Source: Nitrosopumilaceae archaeon (GTDB taxonomy: Archaea; Thermoproteota; Nitrososphaeria; Nitrososphaerales; Nitrosopumilaceae). From it: DNA of 64,000 nucleotides. The translations under genes and the position numbers were made by a program. The DNA lies in contig OZ242376.1 in the NCBI GenBank assembly GCA_965209085.1, forward strand, positions 96,001 through 160,000, in the 5' to 3' direction. The notes under the pieces are model-generated. The model saw only the letters and a program-made list of their open reading frames with translations. It was not told the origin of the DNA and made no database searches. How positions within the stretch are numbered: position 1 is the first letter of the stretch; the number at the start of each line of letters is the position of its first letter. Shown piece after piece: positions 1-9,398 of this stretch.

Positions 1-370
1 CTAAATTTTTAATTGTTTCAATATATGGATCCATGACAATACCGGCCGTACATATGTCCGAATGTATCAACATGGAAAGTTTTTGTGAAACGCGGGCGGC
101 ATATTTATTCTTTATAAACTGTAAATACCAAATGTTTTCTGTAGGCATATTGTTGCATAGCTGTGTAAACACACTCACACGGTTTTTCTTACGATAACTC
201 CAATTATACAGAGATTTGCTATATAATAACATCAACATCATAATAATTGCTGATAAAAATATCATGAATAACATTAGATGATTCAATCTTATGGATATCC
301 ATAACATAACAAGCATGATTGCAACTAGTACAACCTGTAGATCGGGTTTTTTCCAAATTTTTAGTCGCAT
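1..370 (-). CDS. 5' part of a membrane protein, probably type IV pilus platform protein (TadC/FlaJ/GspF-like); runs off the window edge
   Basis: Not in ORF track. ATG at 370 opens a frame with no stop to the edge: MRLKIWKKPDLQVVLVAIMLVMLW...KLSMLIHSDICTAGIVMDPYIETIKNL. Two hydrophobic helices plus an L..DI..AG...P motif typical of TadC/FlaJ; divergent from a pilin gene. Confidence 0.5.
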   Translation of the reverse strand, partial: MRLKIWKKPDLQVVLVAIMLVMLWISIRLNHLMLFMIFLSAIIMMLMLLYSKSLYNWSYRKKNRVSVFTQLCNNMPTENIWYLQFIKNKYAARVSQKLSMLIHSDICTAGIVMDPYIETIKNL

Positions 371-415
371 ATGACAAAAAATGCTCTTTTTATTTAACAC
401 AAATTTTCTAGTATA

Positions 416-874
416 ATGAACGTACAATATCGTCCCAAAAAAAGAAGAGCAGGGAGTCAAATTTTAGCTGCAGCCATATTGGTAGGTATAACAATTTCTG
501 CCGCTGGAGTATATGCATCTGGAATCATGGATCAAATAAGCACTACCACACAAAATTCTCGGATAAGTATCCAAGAAGTTCAAATAATCCAAGATGATGA
601 TGAAAGGGAATGGTTTGCAGCTACAATCAAAAACGAAGGCGGAGCCGTAATCGAGCAAATTAACATAACAATACAGATCGATAACATCAAAAAAACATAT
701 TCCATCACACAGAACGTAAAGCCAGGACGCAGTATCATACAGGAAATGGTGGAGATTGTCGAAGGTGTAAATTCACCTGATGTAAGTATCGGAGAGTCAG
801 TTCCGGTAGAATTCAAAGTAATCTCTTCAGACGGATCCATATTCAGTAAAATTGAATCCGTCCGCATATCATAA
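416..874 (+). CDS. archaeal type IV pilin-like protein
   Basis: Class III signal peptide (KKRRA-GSQILAAAILVGITISAAGV) followed by a beta-rich domain with TIKNEG motif. Confidence 0.75.
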   Translation: MNVQYRPKKRRAGSQILAAAILVGITISAAGVYASGIMDQISTTTQNSRISIQEVQIIQDDDEREWFAATIKNEGGAVIEQINITIQIDNIKKTYSITQNVKPGRSIIQEMVEIVEGVNSPDVSIGESVPVEFKVISSDGSIFSKIESVRIS

Positions 875-920
875 CTGTATTAATCACTTTTTATTTTATT
901 TTATTTGTATATATTAGAAT

Positions 921-1577
921 ATGACTACATTATCCGATCTTAAGGATCTTTTATGGTTTGAAAATATCAGTCCTCACAACGAACCATTATTTCCATTATT
1001 GGGATTTGGCATGTTGAGCATTAAACAGCTTGGCATATTGGGATCTGGCATTATGCTTGCATGGATAATTTGGCAGAAAACCGGTGATTATTTGGCAATT
1101 ATACCGGCCGTGATTGTCTTGATACTAACAATCAAAAAAGAAAGCGTTATTCCTATAGAAATCAAAATCATTAAAATATTCATATTTCATATTAGTAAAA
1201 ATGAAAAATCTTTGCCACAAATTAAAAAAAATACCGTCAAACACAAAACCAATTCAAAACTTTCAATAGCAAAACAATATCGTATTAAATCCCATATCCA
1301 ACAGAATTTAATCAAAGACGCAAATGCGAGAAATATTCCGTACATATATGATAAAATGTTTAAAATGAAAATACGTTTAGATGATATTGACCAAACAACG
1401 ATCAATTCCCGCGTCCGTATAGTTTTGGACGACATCTTGTATGAAACAGCACGCACTGACAGTAACGGTGAAATTGTAATTAATTTTATACCAGAGAATC
1501 CGGGCAAAAAATTATTACAAATCTATGCAAATGACGATAAACCCGTATACGAAGAAATATTGAATTTTATCAGATAA
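921..1577 (+). CDS. PrgI/VirB3-like membrane protein with C-terminal Ig-like domain
   Basis: E.LF...G.LSIKQL followed by two TM helices and K...IP.E resembles PrgI; C-terminal TDSNGE..I.F.P..PG is Ig-like. Confidence 0.5.
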   Translation: MTTLSDLKDLLWFENISPHNEPLFPLLGFGMLSIKQLGILGSGIMLAWIIWQKTGDYLAIIPAVIVLILTIKKESVIPIEIKIIKIFIFHISKNEKSLPQIKKNTVKHKTNSKLSIAKQYRIKSHIQQNLIKDANARNIPYIYDKMFKMKIRLDDIDQTTINSRVRIVLDDILYETARTDSNGEIVINFIPENPGKKLLQIYANDDKPVYEEILNFIR

Positions 1578-1629
1578 ATATTAGCTCCGCTAGGAGTGGA
1601 TCTAAAAATAAATTAAAAAAATTTGTGTT

Positions 1630-3195
1630 CTATTCGTTTACGTATGCTTGTTCGCCGTGCTGGGCAAGATCAAGACCAATCTCCTCTTCTTTTGGAGTGA
1701 CCCTGATTCCGCCTGGCCATACAGCATCCATGACTTTAAGAATAACAACGGTTACACCAAATGCGTAACCAACTGATATTGCAGCGCCAATTATACTGAT
1801 AGCTTGTTGCTCGTAGCCTTCTGGAGTTCCGGTCCACGCACCAATACCTTCTCCGGTATCCCAAATGTGCGGACTGGCTAGTGTACCTGTAAGAATGGCG
1901 CCTGTGAGGCCTCCCATTCCGTGTACTCCCCAGACATCTAATGCGTCGTCCCATTTGCGTGCGTTCTTGAAAGCGACACATCCGTAACAGACTGTACCTG
2001 CGGCTATACCGATTATGATCGAGGCCATAGGTCCAACCCAACCGGATGCTGGCGTAATTGCCACCAAACCGGCTACAGCACCTGTTGCGGCTCCTACGAT
2101 ACTTGGTTTGCCCGTGTGAGCCCAACTCATAAGTACCCAGGTTACAGCTGCAACGCCAGCGGATGTATTTGTTACCACCCACGCGCTTACCGTAATTCCG
2201 TCAACCATCACTTCGCTTCCTGCGTTGAACCCGAACCAGCCGAACCATAGAATGGATGCACCAAGTACCACCATAGGTACGTTGTGCGGTTCCATTGGAA
2301 CCTTTCCATATCCAAGTCTGCGACCAAGTATCAGGGCTCCCGCCAAAGCGGCGAATCCAGATGAAATGTGTACGACAGTACCGCCTGCAAAGTCTAGAGC
2401 ATACGATGGAGATAGATTTGGATCTAGATCAATTGCGCCTCCTCCGATATATCCGCCGCCCCATACCCAGTGGGCAATAGGATCGTACACGAATGTACCC
2501 CAAAGAAGAACAAATATCACTAGCGCGCTGAATTTTATCCTGTCAATCAAACCGCCAACAATTAGTGCTGGTGTTATGATTGCAAACGTACCTTGGAACG
2601 CTGCGAATAGTGCGTGTGGTACGGTGCCAGGCCATCTATCACTGCAGGCTATTTCAGATTTCATCTGTTGCATTTGATATGCATTGGACCATATATCCCC
2701 GTCACATGCGGTTGGGGCTCCAAGAGGCGCATAGTGCGACACTTGGTTGAATCCGACATAATCTAAAGCACCCATGAACATATTGGCATCATTGTCAATT
2801 GGACCAAACGAGAGGCTGTAACCCCACGCGACCCATTGCCAAGCCATAATACCCATGATGATGAAAGTCATTCCAATAACATTTACTGCGTTCTTTGATC
2901 TTGCAAGACCTCCGTAGAAGAATGCTACACCAGGAGTCATAAACAGTACCATTGACGTTGCCGTTAACATCCATGCGGTATCACCCGTATCGATATAACA
3001 TGGCGTATAAGTACCATCACCGTTGTCTACCCAACATTCGTTGAGATTGCCTGTGTAGATTCCAGAAGTGCCTTTAGTATAACCATCCATTCCGTCGTTA
3101 ATATTTTGTGCAAATGCAGTAGACATTACACCTGTTGATGTAACAACTACTGCGGCTACAAGTAGTAGAGCATACTTGTGGTTTTTATTTCTCAT
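1630..3195 (-). CDS. amt: ammonium transporter (Amt family)
   Basis: DTGDTAW, FFYGGL, DFAGGTVVHISSG, WFGWFGFNAGS, DDALDVWGVHG motifs with twin His. Confidence 0.97.
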   Translation of the reverse strand: MRNKNHKYALLLVAAVVVTSTGVMSTAFAQNINDGMDGYTKGTSGIYTGNLNECWVDNGDGTYTPCYIDTGDTAWMLTATSMVLFMTPGVAFFYGGLARSKNAVNVIGMTFIIMGIMAWQWVAWGYSLSFGPIDNDANMFMGALDYVGFNQVSHYAPLGAPTACDGDIWSNAYQMQQMKSEIACSDRWPGTVPHALFAAFQGTFAIITPALIVGGLIDRIKFSALVIFVLLWGTFVYDPIAHWVWGGGYIGGGAIDLDPNLSPSYALDFAGGTVVHISSGFAALAGALILGRRLGYGKVPMEPHNVPMVVLGASILWFGWFGFNAGSEVMVDGITVSAWVVTNTSAGVAAVTWVLMSWAHTGKPSIVGAATGAVAGLVAITPASGWVGPMASIIIGIAAGTVCYGCVAFKNARKWDDALDVWGVHGMGGLTGAILTGTLASPHIWDTGEGIGAWTGTPEGYEQQAISIIGAAISVGYAFGVTVVILKVMDAVWPGGIRVTPKEEEIGLDLAQHGEQAYVNE

Positions 3196-3216
3196 TGATT
3201 TAAAAACAATAATGTG

Positions 3217-3230
3217 TATATTTAAGATTT
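3217..3230 (-). promoter_or_regulatory. putative TATA box of amt
   Basis: Minus strand AAATCTTAAATATA about 24-30 nt upstream of the amt ATG; a similar CTTAAAT box lies upstream of glnA (about 59135-59149). Confidence 0.4.
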
Positions 3231-3327
3231 AACCCATTTGATCGATAAAAAGAATAAATATTATATAATGCAGTTTTATGATAGTATCATAGAATGATAA
3301 AATTAACATATATGTGCGTGGGCAGTA

Positions 3328-3987
3328 ATGAGCGTGAATAAAGTCTCTCTAGGCATATTTGATACATTCAAGACAAGAGGCACGGATTTAACGGCCAAGG
3401 CCAAACGTCAAAGGGCGATAATATCATCTCTGACAGGCAGTGTTAATCCTGCCGAAAAGACTAGAACCGCTATAACACGCAGAATTACGAAAAGTAAAGA
3501 ATGGAAAAATACCTATTCAGGCGTATTTTTGGATATGGACAAAGTCCTAGTCCCACTAGATTTTATACAGGAACAAGGCAGAATGCCGTTAAATCGCGGA
3601 CCAAAAGCACTTCAAGAAAAAGGCGTACCATACTATGGGCTTACAAGAAAAGGCTCCATTGTAGCTATGGCATTACCCGGAACTGTAAATGTAAAGGCTG
3701 TGCTTGGTGCGTGCTTTATTGGTATGACTAAAGAAGAGCAGGAAATAAAAAATACAATGAATGTATTATACAAGACATCTCCAAAACTAGTAAGACATCT
3801 ATTTGAAAAATATGTTCGGGCGTATTGTGAGGGAAAATTTGAGAGTTTATTGCCCATGAATATTGCCAAATTTGACGGAAACGATGAATTTATGACCATC
3901 CTTGAAGAATTTCTAACCAACCTGCCAAAAATAAGCAAAGATCACAGTACGAAAATTCATAATTTGATACACCAACTCTCAAGTTAA
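3328..3987 (+). CDS. conserved thaumarchaeal hypothetical protein, possible winged-helix regulator
   Basis: 219 aa ORF divergent from amt; PYYGLTRKG resembles a wHTH wing. Confidence 0.6.
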   Translation: MSVNKVSLGIFDTFKTRGTDLTAKAKRQRAIISSLTGSVNPAEKTRTAITRRITKSKEWKNTYSGVFLDMDKVLVPLDFIQEQGRMPLNRGPKALQEKGVPYYGLTRKGSIVAMALPGTVNVKAVLGACFIGMTKEEQEIKNTMNVLYKTSPKLVRHLFEKYVRAYCEGKFESLLPMNIAKFDGNDEFMTILEEFLTNLPKISKDHSTKIHNLIHQLSS

Positions 3988-4025
3988 ACTATACATTAAA
4001 ATCGGTTGTCGACACCTAGTTAAAC

Positions 4026-5066
4026 ATGACATCTGGAACGCAAAAACTCTATGCTGCTGTGAAATCATACAGTCAGAGGGGCAATCTTTTACCAAAGGAA
4101 GATCTACGGGTATTTGCCGAATCAAGAAATTTGGACGAATTGGTCACTAGGATAAAAAACACAAGATATGCCAAAGCTTTTGAAAAAATCACGTTCCCTG
4201 TAACTGCTGAAACATTGGAATCGGTGCTGCGTACGCATTTGGCGGATGTACATTATTCGATATACAAAACTTCTGGAGAACCAGTACTCAAAACGTATTA
4301 TATGAAATTTATGATATGGAATCTAAAAATCATACTAAAGGGCAAAGTCTTGGATAAAACACAAGAAGAATTGGAATCAAAATTAAACCTTCATGCAGAG
4401 GAACTCATATCACAGCGCGATATAGTGTTAAAGGCGCTTGTTGCAAAAGATCTAGACGAGGCGGTTCTTAGCCTTTCAGAAACTATTTTTGGTAAAGACA
4501 TAGAAAAAGCTGTTGCCGCATATAATGAATCCGGCAATATTCAAGTGTTTGATACATACTTTGACAAAGTGTTAACACGGCAGCTTGCACAAGGTAGCAG
4601 AAAAACCTCCGATAGATATCTTTACACGTTAATTTCTATGGATATTGACTTTTACAACATACTGAGTGTCATAAGAGGAAGATTTTGGGGCCTAGATCCG
4701 GAAAAAATACGCGAGCTAATTGAAGGAAAAACCGCTAGTGTTTCACAGTCATTGTTGGATCGAATGATCAACGCAGCTAACATCAATGATGCTTTTGCAG
4801 AATTATCCACAACTCGTTACCGGCACATTTTACCACAAAAAGAAGATGACATGGAGGCAATAGCTGAATTTGAAAGAAACTTTGAAATGATGATATACAA
4901 ATCATCTGCAAACACGTTTACCAGAATGTTCAGCCCATCCACAAGTGTTGGTATTACAAAACTGACCGGATATGAAATACGAAATATTGCCGCAATAGCC
5001 TTTGGTGTAGAACAGGGAATTTCTGCGGATACTGTCATGTTAAAGTTGATCGTGAACCTAGAATGA
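4026..5066 (+). CDS. atpC: A/V-type ATP synthase subunit C
   Basis: AC39-family features: IWNLKIILKGK, DIDFYNILSVIRG, YEIRNIAAIAFG. Confidence 0.88.
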   Translation: MTSGTQKLYAAVKSYSQRGNLLPKEDLRVFAESRNLDELVTRIKNTRYAKAFEKITFPVTAETLESVLRTHLADVHYSIYKTSGEPVLKTYYMKFMIWNLKIILKGKVLDKTQEELESKLNLHAEELISQRDIVLKALVAKDLDEAVLSLSETIFGKDIEKAVAAYNESGNIQVFDTYFDKVLTRQLAQGSRKTSDRYLYTLISMDIDFYNILSVIRGRFWGLDPEKIRELIEGKTASVSQSLLDRMINAANINDAFAELSTTRYRHILPQKEDDMEAIAEFERNFEMMIYKSSANTFTRMFSPSTSVGITKLTGYEIRNIAAIAFGVEQGISADTVMLKLIVNLE

Positions 5067-5311
5067 TCACTCACAGCTCAGGAAACATAACCTCTAAAAC
5101 TTTGTTGGGAATGATTTGGGTAAGCACAATGCTGGCAATGATCTTTGTTCTGCCTGCATTAGGGCTTTTTTATGCCGTGTATGAGATATCTGAGAATCTA
5201 ATTGCAGGTATTGTGTCAGGGTTTGCACTGCATTTTGTCATACTTGGGTTTTCACCAAAAATCTCGGCCAAACTTACCTCGTGGATGTATGGAGATGCCG
5301 TAGATAAATGA
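5063..5311 (+). CDS. small membrane protein
   Basis: Two TM helices; overlaps both neighbours by 4 nt (operon-like). Confidence 0.6.
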   Translation: MITHSSGNITSKTLLGMIWVSTMLAMIFVLPALGLFYAVYEISENLIAGIVSGFALHFVILGFSPKISAKLTSWMYGDAVDK

Positions 5312-5949
5312 TGGGAGATCGGGACTATCGCAGTCTCATAAGAGGTGCATTGGATGCAATAGGAAAGGAAGTGGAGATAAAAATTGATGCCACAGACAAT
5401 AACACAATAGGTATCCATGAAATTACCGGCTGTATACGACGTGCATATTTTAACAGAGTAGATCCACTTGATTATCACCATCAAAGTTTTGGCGAGCTCT
5501 CGGCAGGGTTGTTGCATAAACTGCATTATGGCATAAAAAAAGCTGAATTTGATTTGGGCGAAATTAAATTAATCGGTAGTGCCGATATGATCGTAGATGA
5601 TGCCGTAATATTATTCAGATCCGCAGATGGACCAGTTGAAAATCCACTTGCGACCGACATGCTTTATCTGAATGCGTGTTTATGGATGTACAACAAAAAT
5701 GACGGTGTAATTGTATACATTACAAGTAATAAACAGGAATCCTCATTTACACTTACCAAAAATAAATTCATGTTTAAAGAAACCGTACGCCGTGTGATGG
5801 TACTGCACGATCTATTGGCAAAAAAAAAGATTCCCATACTAGAACCGTCATTGGAATGTTCCGCATGCCAGTATTATCAAAGATGTTATACAAAACAAAA
5901 AATGGGAAAACCAATAACCATAGGTGGTTTAATGGGAATGAAAAAATGA
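5308..5949 (+). CDS. solo Cas4-like PD-(D/E)XK nuclease with Fe-S cysteines
   Basis: N-terminal C.RRAYF, G.AD motif, C-terminal ECSACQYYQRC; no CRISPR array nearby. Confidence 0.8.
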   Translation: MMGDRDYRSLIRGALDAIGKEVEIKIDATDNNTIGIHEITGCIRRAYFNRVDPLDYHHQSFGELSAGLLHKLHYGIKKAEFDLGEIKLIGSADMIVDDAVILFRSADGPVENPLATDMLYLNACLWMYNKNDGVIVYITSNKQESSFTLTKNKFMFKETVRRVMVLHDLLAKKKIPILEPSLECSACQYYQRCYTKQKMGKPITIGGLMGMKK

Positions 5950-5964
5950 TGTTATACTAGACAT

Positions 5965-6075
5965 TTAGTCTAGTGGTTCTTTATGACCGCCACCGCGGAG
6001 TGCAAATGTTACTACTGCAAGTGCAATAGTTACTCCAATTGCCGCTCCGAATGCGCTTATTCCTGCTTCTGCCAT
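5965..6075 (-). CDS. 36-aa single-TM microprotein
   Basis: Below ORF-track cutoff: MAEAGISAFGAAIGVTIALAVVTFALRGGGHKEPLD*, with TTATATA about 25 nt upstream. Confidence 0.6.
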   Translation of the reverse strand: MAEAGISAFGAAIGVTIALAVVTFALRGGGHKEPLD

Positions 6076-6148
6076 GTATAAGGTGCCATGATTTACTCAT
6101 ATATAACTTTGGCAATATTTTACAGATTTCAAAATATAATCATAATTT

Positions 6149-8332
6149 TCAAGAATTGTGATACTTGATGTGCCACATGTTCAAAATCCACCGTATGAGG
6201 CGCCATGTGAGTATTGCACCAACGATTATGACTGCAAATGAATAGAGATCGGGAATATATAACTCACTTTTTTGCATAACCTCAGGTTCGTATAACGCAA
6301 ACGCTCTTCCTCCCCAGATGTTGTATGCTTCAATTAATACTGAATTTTTAGGAGTTGGAATCATACACCTGTTTAAACAATTTACATGAAGGGAATAATC
6401 TGCACCATCAAGTCTGATATGGCGTATATGCCCAAAACCGTCAGGACCGATTATTGTCACACCAGCTTTATTGTCCATTATGCGCAATGTATTGTCAGTA
6501 TTTTGATTTGCAACGTATGTGTGATCTCCGATGTGCGAATATGAACGAATCTTGGTTATGGTTTTTTCTCCAACAGAAAATCGCATGATGTAAGGAGCTG
6601 GTGCCGCATATCCGTCATTTATTGGCATAGAAAAAAAATCATCCATATTGAATGCATTCCATGTTGATATGCGAGGCAAATACAATGTTACATTACCAAA
6701 TGCACTATTTTGGGCCTTTTTTGGATACATGTGGGATAACAACAAATCTCCAATTTCTTTTCCATTAGTATCAAATTCTGATTTGTCACACACATAGTCG
6801 TGCGTGTATGAAACACCTTTCATTCCCAAATTTGGTGTTACATTGATGGATACCGGCACGTCTTCAAGTATTTGTCCATCTGAATTTATTACCACAAGTG
6901 ATATACTGTTACCGAAAAGAACATCCGGATATGCATATTCATAATTAATTATCTTCATACTGTCATTTCCAGCAAATCCATCTGACATGATATTACCTAT
7001 TACTCGTGCGCGTGAATACGCCGGATTTTTCATAATGTCTGATATAGGAAGATCAAAAATTATGCCTCCATAACCTGAACTCACAAACATGGCAGTTTCA
7101 GAATCTTTTGACTCTAAAACATTTGAATCATAATGATCTTTTGTGCAATATCCGATGTTTTCGGGATTTGTTCCGTATGCTTTCGACCAGACCATCTTTA
7201 CATCAACTGGCACTATTTTGTTGATATTCACGGCAGTAGCAACAGAAGAAAAATTGTTGATCTTACTTCGACGGTTCTCATGCACCACAGATTTATCATC
7301 CGGTCCTGAACCTACCGATCCGTTGTAAAACATGGCAATACCGTGACGATTGTCCCAACTTGTAGGTTTTCCATCGGAGAGAACTAGATATGGATATACT
7401 TCAAAGATCGGCTCGTATGTTACAACTAGCACCGTGATTTGTGCATCTTTGAAAGTTATCTCCTTGCCACTCACACTTTGTAGTTTTACTTTGTGCAGTA
7501 TGTCATGATTTCCAAGTAGATATTGATCCGTTGCATTGTATATGGTAATGTCATGACCATATGTGGAATTGTACGTGACTGGCAAAAATCCCTTCAAAGT
7601 AAAACTCAACAAACATTGGGGATTGATGCACATATTGCTAATCGTGGCGTATAATCTTGTATTTTTTTCATATTCTACAAAAAGTGTTTTACTTCTTTCA
7701 TTTTTCCAGTTGTATGATGGAATGGACTGTATGATAACCGGATCCCACACATAATGGGTCCCATCAATATTTGTCGCATTATATCCGTTAGAATCGTTCA
7801 TGAATTTCTTTTCCAAATGCAGGGCAAGCTTTGGATCTGTTACATATATGGAAAGAAAAGACGTTCTAGACACCCAATCATATGTGCAATGTTCTTCGCC
7901 GTCTATAGTGTTACACGTAACTTTCCATCCGCCTGCGGAAAATTTCATGTCTTGTATCCCGATCTGTGCAGGAACGGCAATTTCTGCATGACCTGCAGTA
8001 CAGTAATCCAATCTGCAAGATTTTGAGACATCATCAAAAGTCTTTACCGAATGTTCGTCCTCGTATGTATGCTGACCCAAAACCAAATATTCCGAATTTG
8101 CTGGTTCGTATATTACAGGTTGAAAGCAGGATCCAAGTCCAGGATAATTTGCAATATAGTTGAATGCATCACCTGGATAAAAAGTTCCGTCCGGATTGTT
8201 CCTTTGCTGTCCATTGTATACGGCATGCACTGTTTGTGAAGTTATGCCAAATTCACATGGATACGATGCGCCAAAAACTGTTCCGGGAGCAATTAACACA
8301 ACTGCCGATGTAAAAAATAGCCATGCCTTCAC
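6149..8332 (-). CDS. large secreted, C-terminally membrane-anchored protein of the pilus/VirB4 cluster
   Basis: Signal peptide, Cys/Tyr-rich beta domains, C-terminal TM helix; co-oriented with pilins and ATPases. Confidence 0.7.
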   Translation of the reverse strand: MKAWLFFTSAVVLIAPGTVFGASYPCEFGITSQTVHAVYNGQQRNNPDGTFYPGDAFNYIANYPGLGSCFQPVIYEPANSEYLVLGQHTYEDEHSVKTFDDVSKSCRLDYCTAGHAEIAVPAQIGIQDMKFSAGGWKVTCNTIDGEEHCTYDWVSRTSFLSIYVTDPKLALHLEKKFMNDSNGYNATNIDGTHYVWDPVIIQSIPSYNWKNERSKTLFVEYEKNTRLYATISNMCINPQCLLSFTLKGFLPVTYNSTYGHDITIYNATDQYLLGNHDILHKVKLQSVSGKEITFKDAQITVLVVTYEPIFEVYPYLVLSDGKPTSWDNRHGIAMFYNGSVGSGPDDKSVVHENRRSKINNFSSVATAVNINKIVPVDVKMVWSKAYGTNPENIGYCTKDHYDSNVLESKDSETAMFVSSGYGGIIFDLPISDIMKNPAYSRARVIGNIMSDGFAGNDSMKIINYEYAYPDVLFGNSISLVVINSDGQILEDVPVSINVTPNLGMKGVSYTHDYVCDKSEFDTNGKEIGDLLLSHMYPKKAQNSAFGNVTLYLPRISTWNAFNMDDFFSMPINDGYAAPAPYIMRFSVGEKTITKIRSYSHIGDHTYVANQNTDNTLRIMDNKAGVTIIGPDGFGHIRHIRLDGADYSLHVNCLNRCMIPTPKNSVLIEAYNIWGGRAFALYEPEVMQKSELYIPDLYSFAVIIVGAILTWRLIRWILNMWHIKYHNS

Positions 8333-8343
8333 AGCATATCCAC

Positions 8344-8778
8344 CTATGGAAGATCTATGTCTATTAGATTTGCACCGGAAGTAAGAATCTGCATTGTATC
8401 AGCTGCTACCGCCGCACTCACTCTGACAAGTTTTTTTACAGGTATGAAATTTGCACCGTTAATTTCGTGAATTTCACCAAGAGCATCATATTCATACACA
8501 GTATACGAGGTATTTTCCGAATTAATCCTTACTTGATCTATAATTATAGGAGAAGATCCATAATTGATCAATTCCACGGATGCAGGATTGTTAAAAGTAT
8601 CAATTACCTGTACAAGCTCTGAAATCTGCTCCTTGTACCCATCCATCGTATCCCGCACAGTAACTTTGCCTCCATAAACCAGCTCAGCTGAACTCTGCAT
8701 GATTATCCCCATAGCTATGGCCAACGCCGCGCCCAATGCCATTACGCCTAATATTTCGCTACTTGCGCGTCTTTTCAT
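8344..8778 (-). CDS. archaeal type IV pilin-like protein
   Basis: Class III signal MKRRA-SSEILGVMALGAALAIAM; INYG motif. Confidence 0.75.
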   Translation of the reverse strand: MKRRASSEILGVMALGAALAIAMGIIMQSSAELVYGGKVTVRDTMDGYKEQISELVQVIDTFNNPASVELINYGSSPIIIDQVRINSENTSYTVYEYDALGEIHEINGANFIPVKKLVRVSAAVAADTMQILTSGANLIDIDLP

Positions 8779-9189
8779 ACGGCATTCACAACAGTCTGCA
8801 CAGAAAGCTCCGAGCCGTTAGCTGATTCGGCATTTACATACAGGATGTATCTGCCATCCTTGGTTATTTCCGCATCCACAAAATGACGTTCTTTTAATGA
8901 TTCGCCAGGATCGATATTTCCCAAGGTAATATTTGTGAGATTGTCTATATCGTCATAAAAAAACAAATTTGAAGACACAAGCGTTGATGTACCAGAATTT
9001 ATTATAGTAAATGCAACAAACGCTTTTTGTACATCGTGCATATGATTGTTCTATAAATGAGGAACCTGCCACGGCGGCAGCTATACCTGCTACTGCAACA
9101 AGCATTATAGCGGCAACAAATGTTGAAGTCATTTTTTTGGTTTCCTTTTTGTCGCTGCGGGAAGCATTACTGGTCCCTGTAACACACAC
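8775..9189 (-). pseudogene. frameshifted pilin-like gene
   Basis: Hydrophobic pilin N-terminus (STFVAAIMLVAVAGIAAAVAG) in one frame and pilin body (AFTIINSG...GNIDPGES) in another; switch near 9040. Confidence 0.6.
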
Positions 9190-9398
9190 CTGTCTGTTTT
9201 GTTATCAATAACTCTGACGTGATACAAAATGCCCGACGGCGTTCGAGTTTTTTTGAGCAAATGTATGCTATATTCTGATAACCGAATTATGGAATCTTCT
9301 GCCACTGCAGAGATCATGGCGCCGAGTACTTCGCGTCTTTGGTGTAGCGTCTGGCATAAAACAAGAAAATTTTGTCTGTAGAGAGTTTTTAGATCCAT
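9129..9398 (-). CDS. hypothetical protein
   Basis: 89 aa ORF translationally coupled to the VirB4-like gene. Confidence 0.45.
   Translation of the reverse strand: MDLKTLYRQNFLVLCQTLHQRREVLGAMISAVAEDSIIRLSEYSIHLLKKTRTPSGILYHVRVIDNKTDRCVLQGPVMLPAATKRKPKK

Noticed and set aside
1583-1602. tRNA fragment or att site at the module boundary
   Set aside because: Only a short CTCC/GGAG hairpin between convergent genes; no tRNA motifs or second copy seen
5308-5949. CRISPR-Cas locus or casposon
   Set aside because: No cas1, array, PolB or terminal repeats in the window
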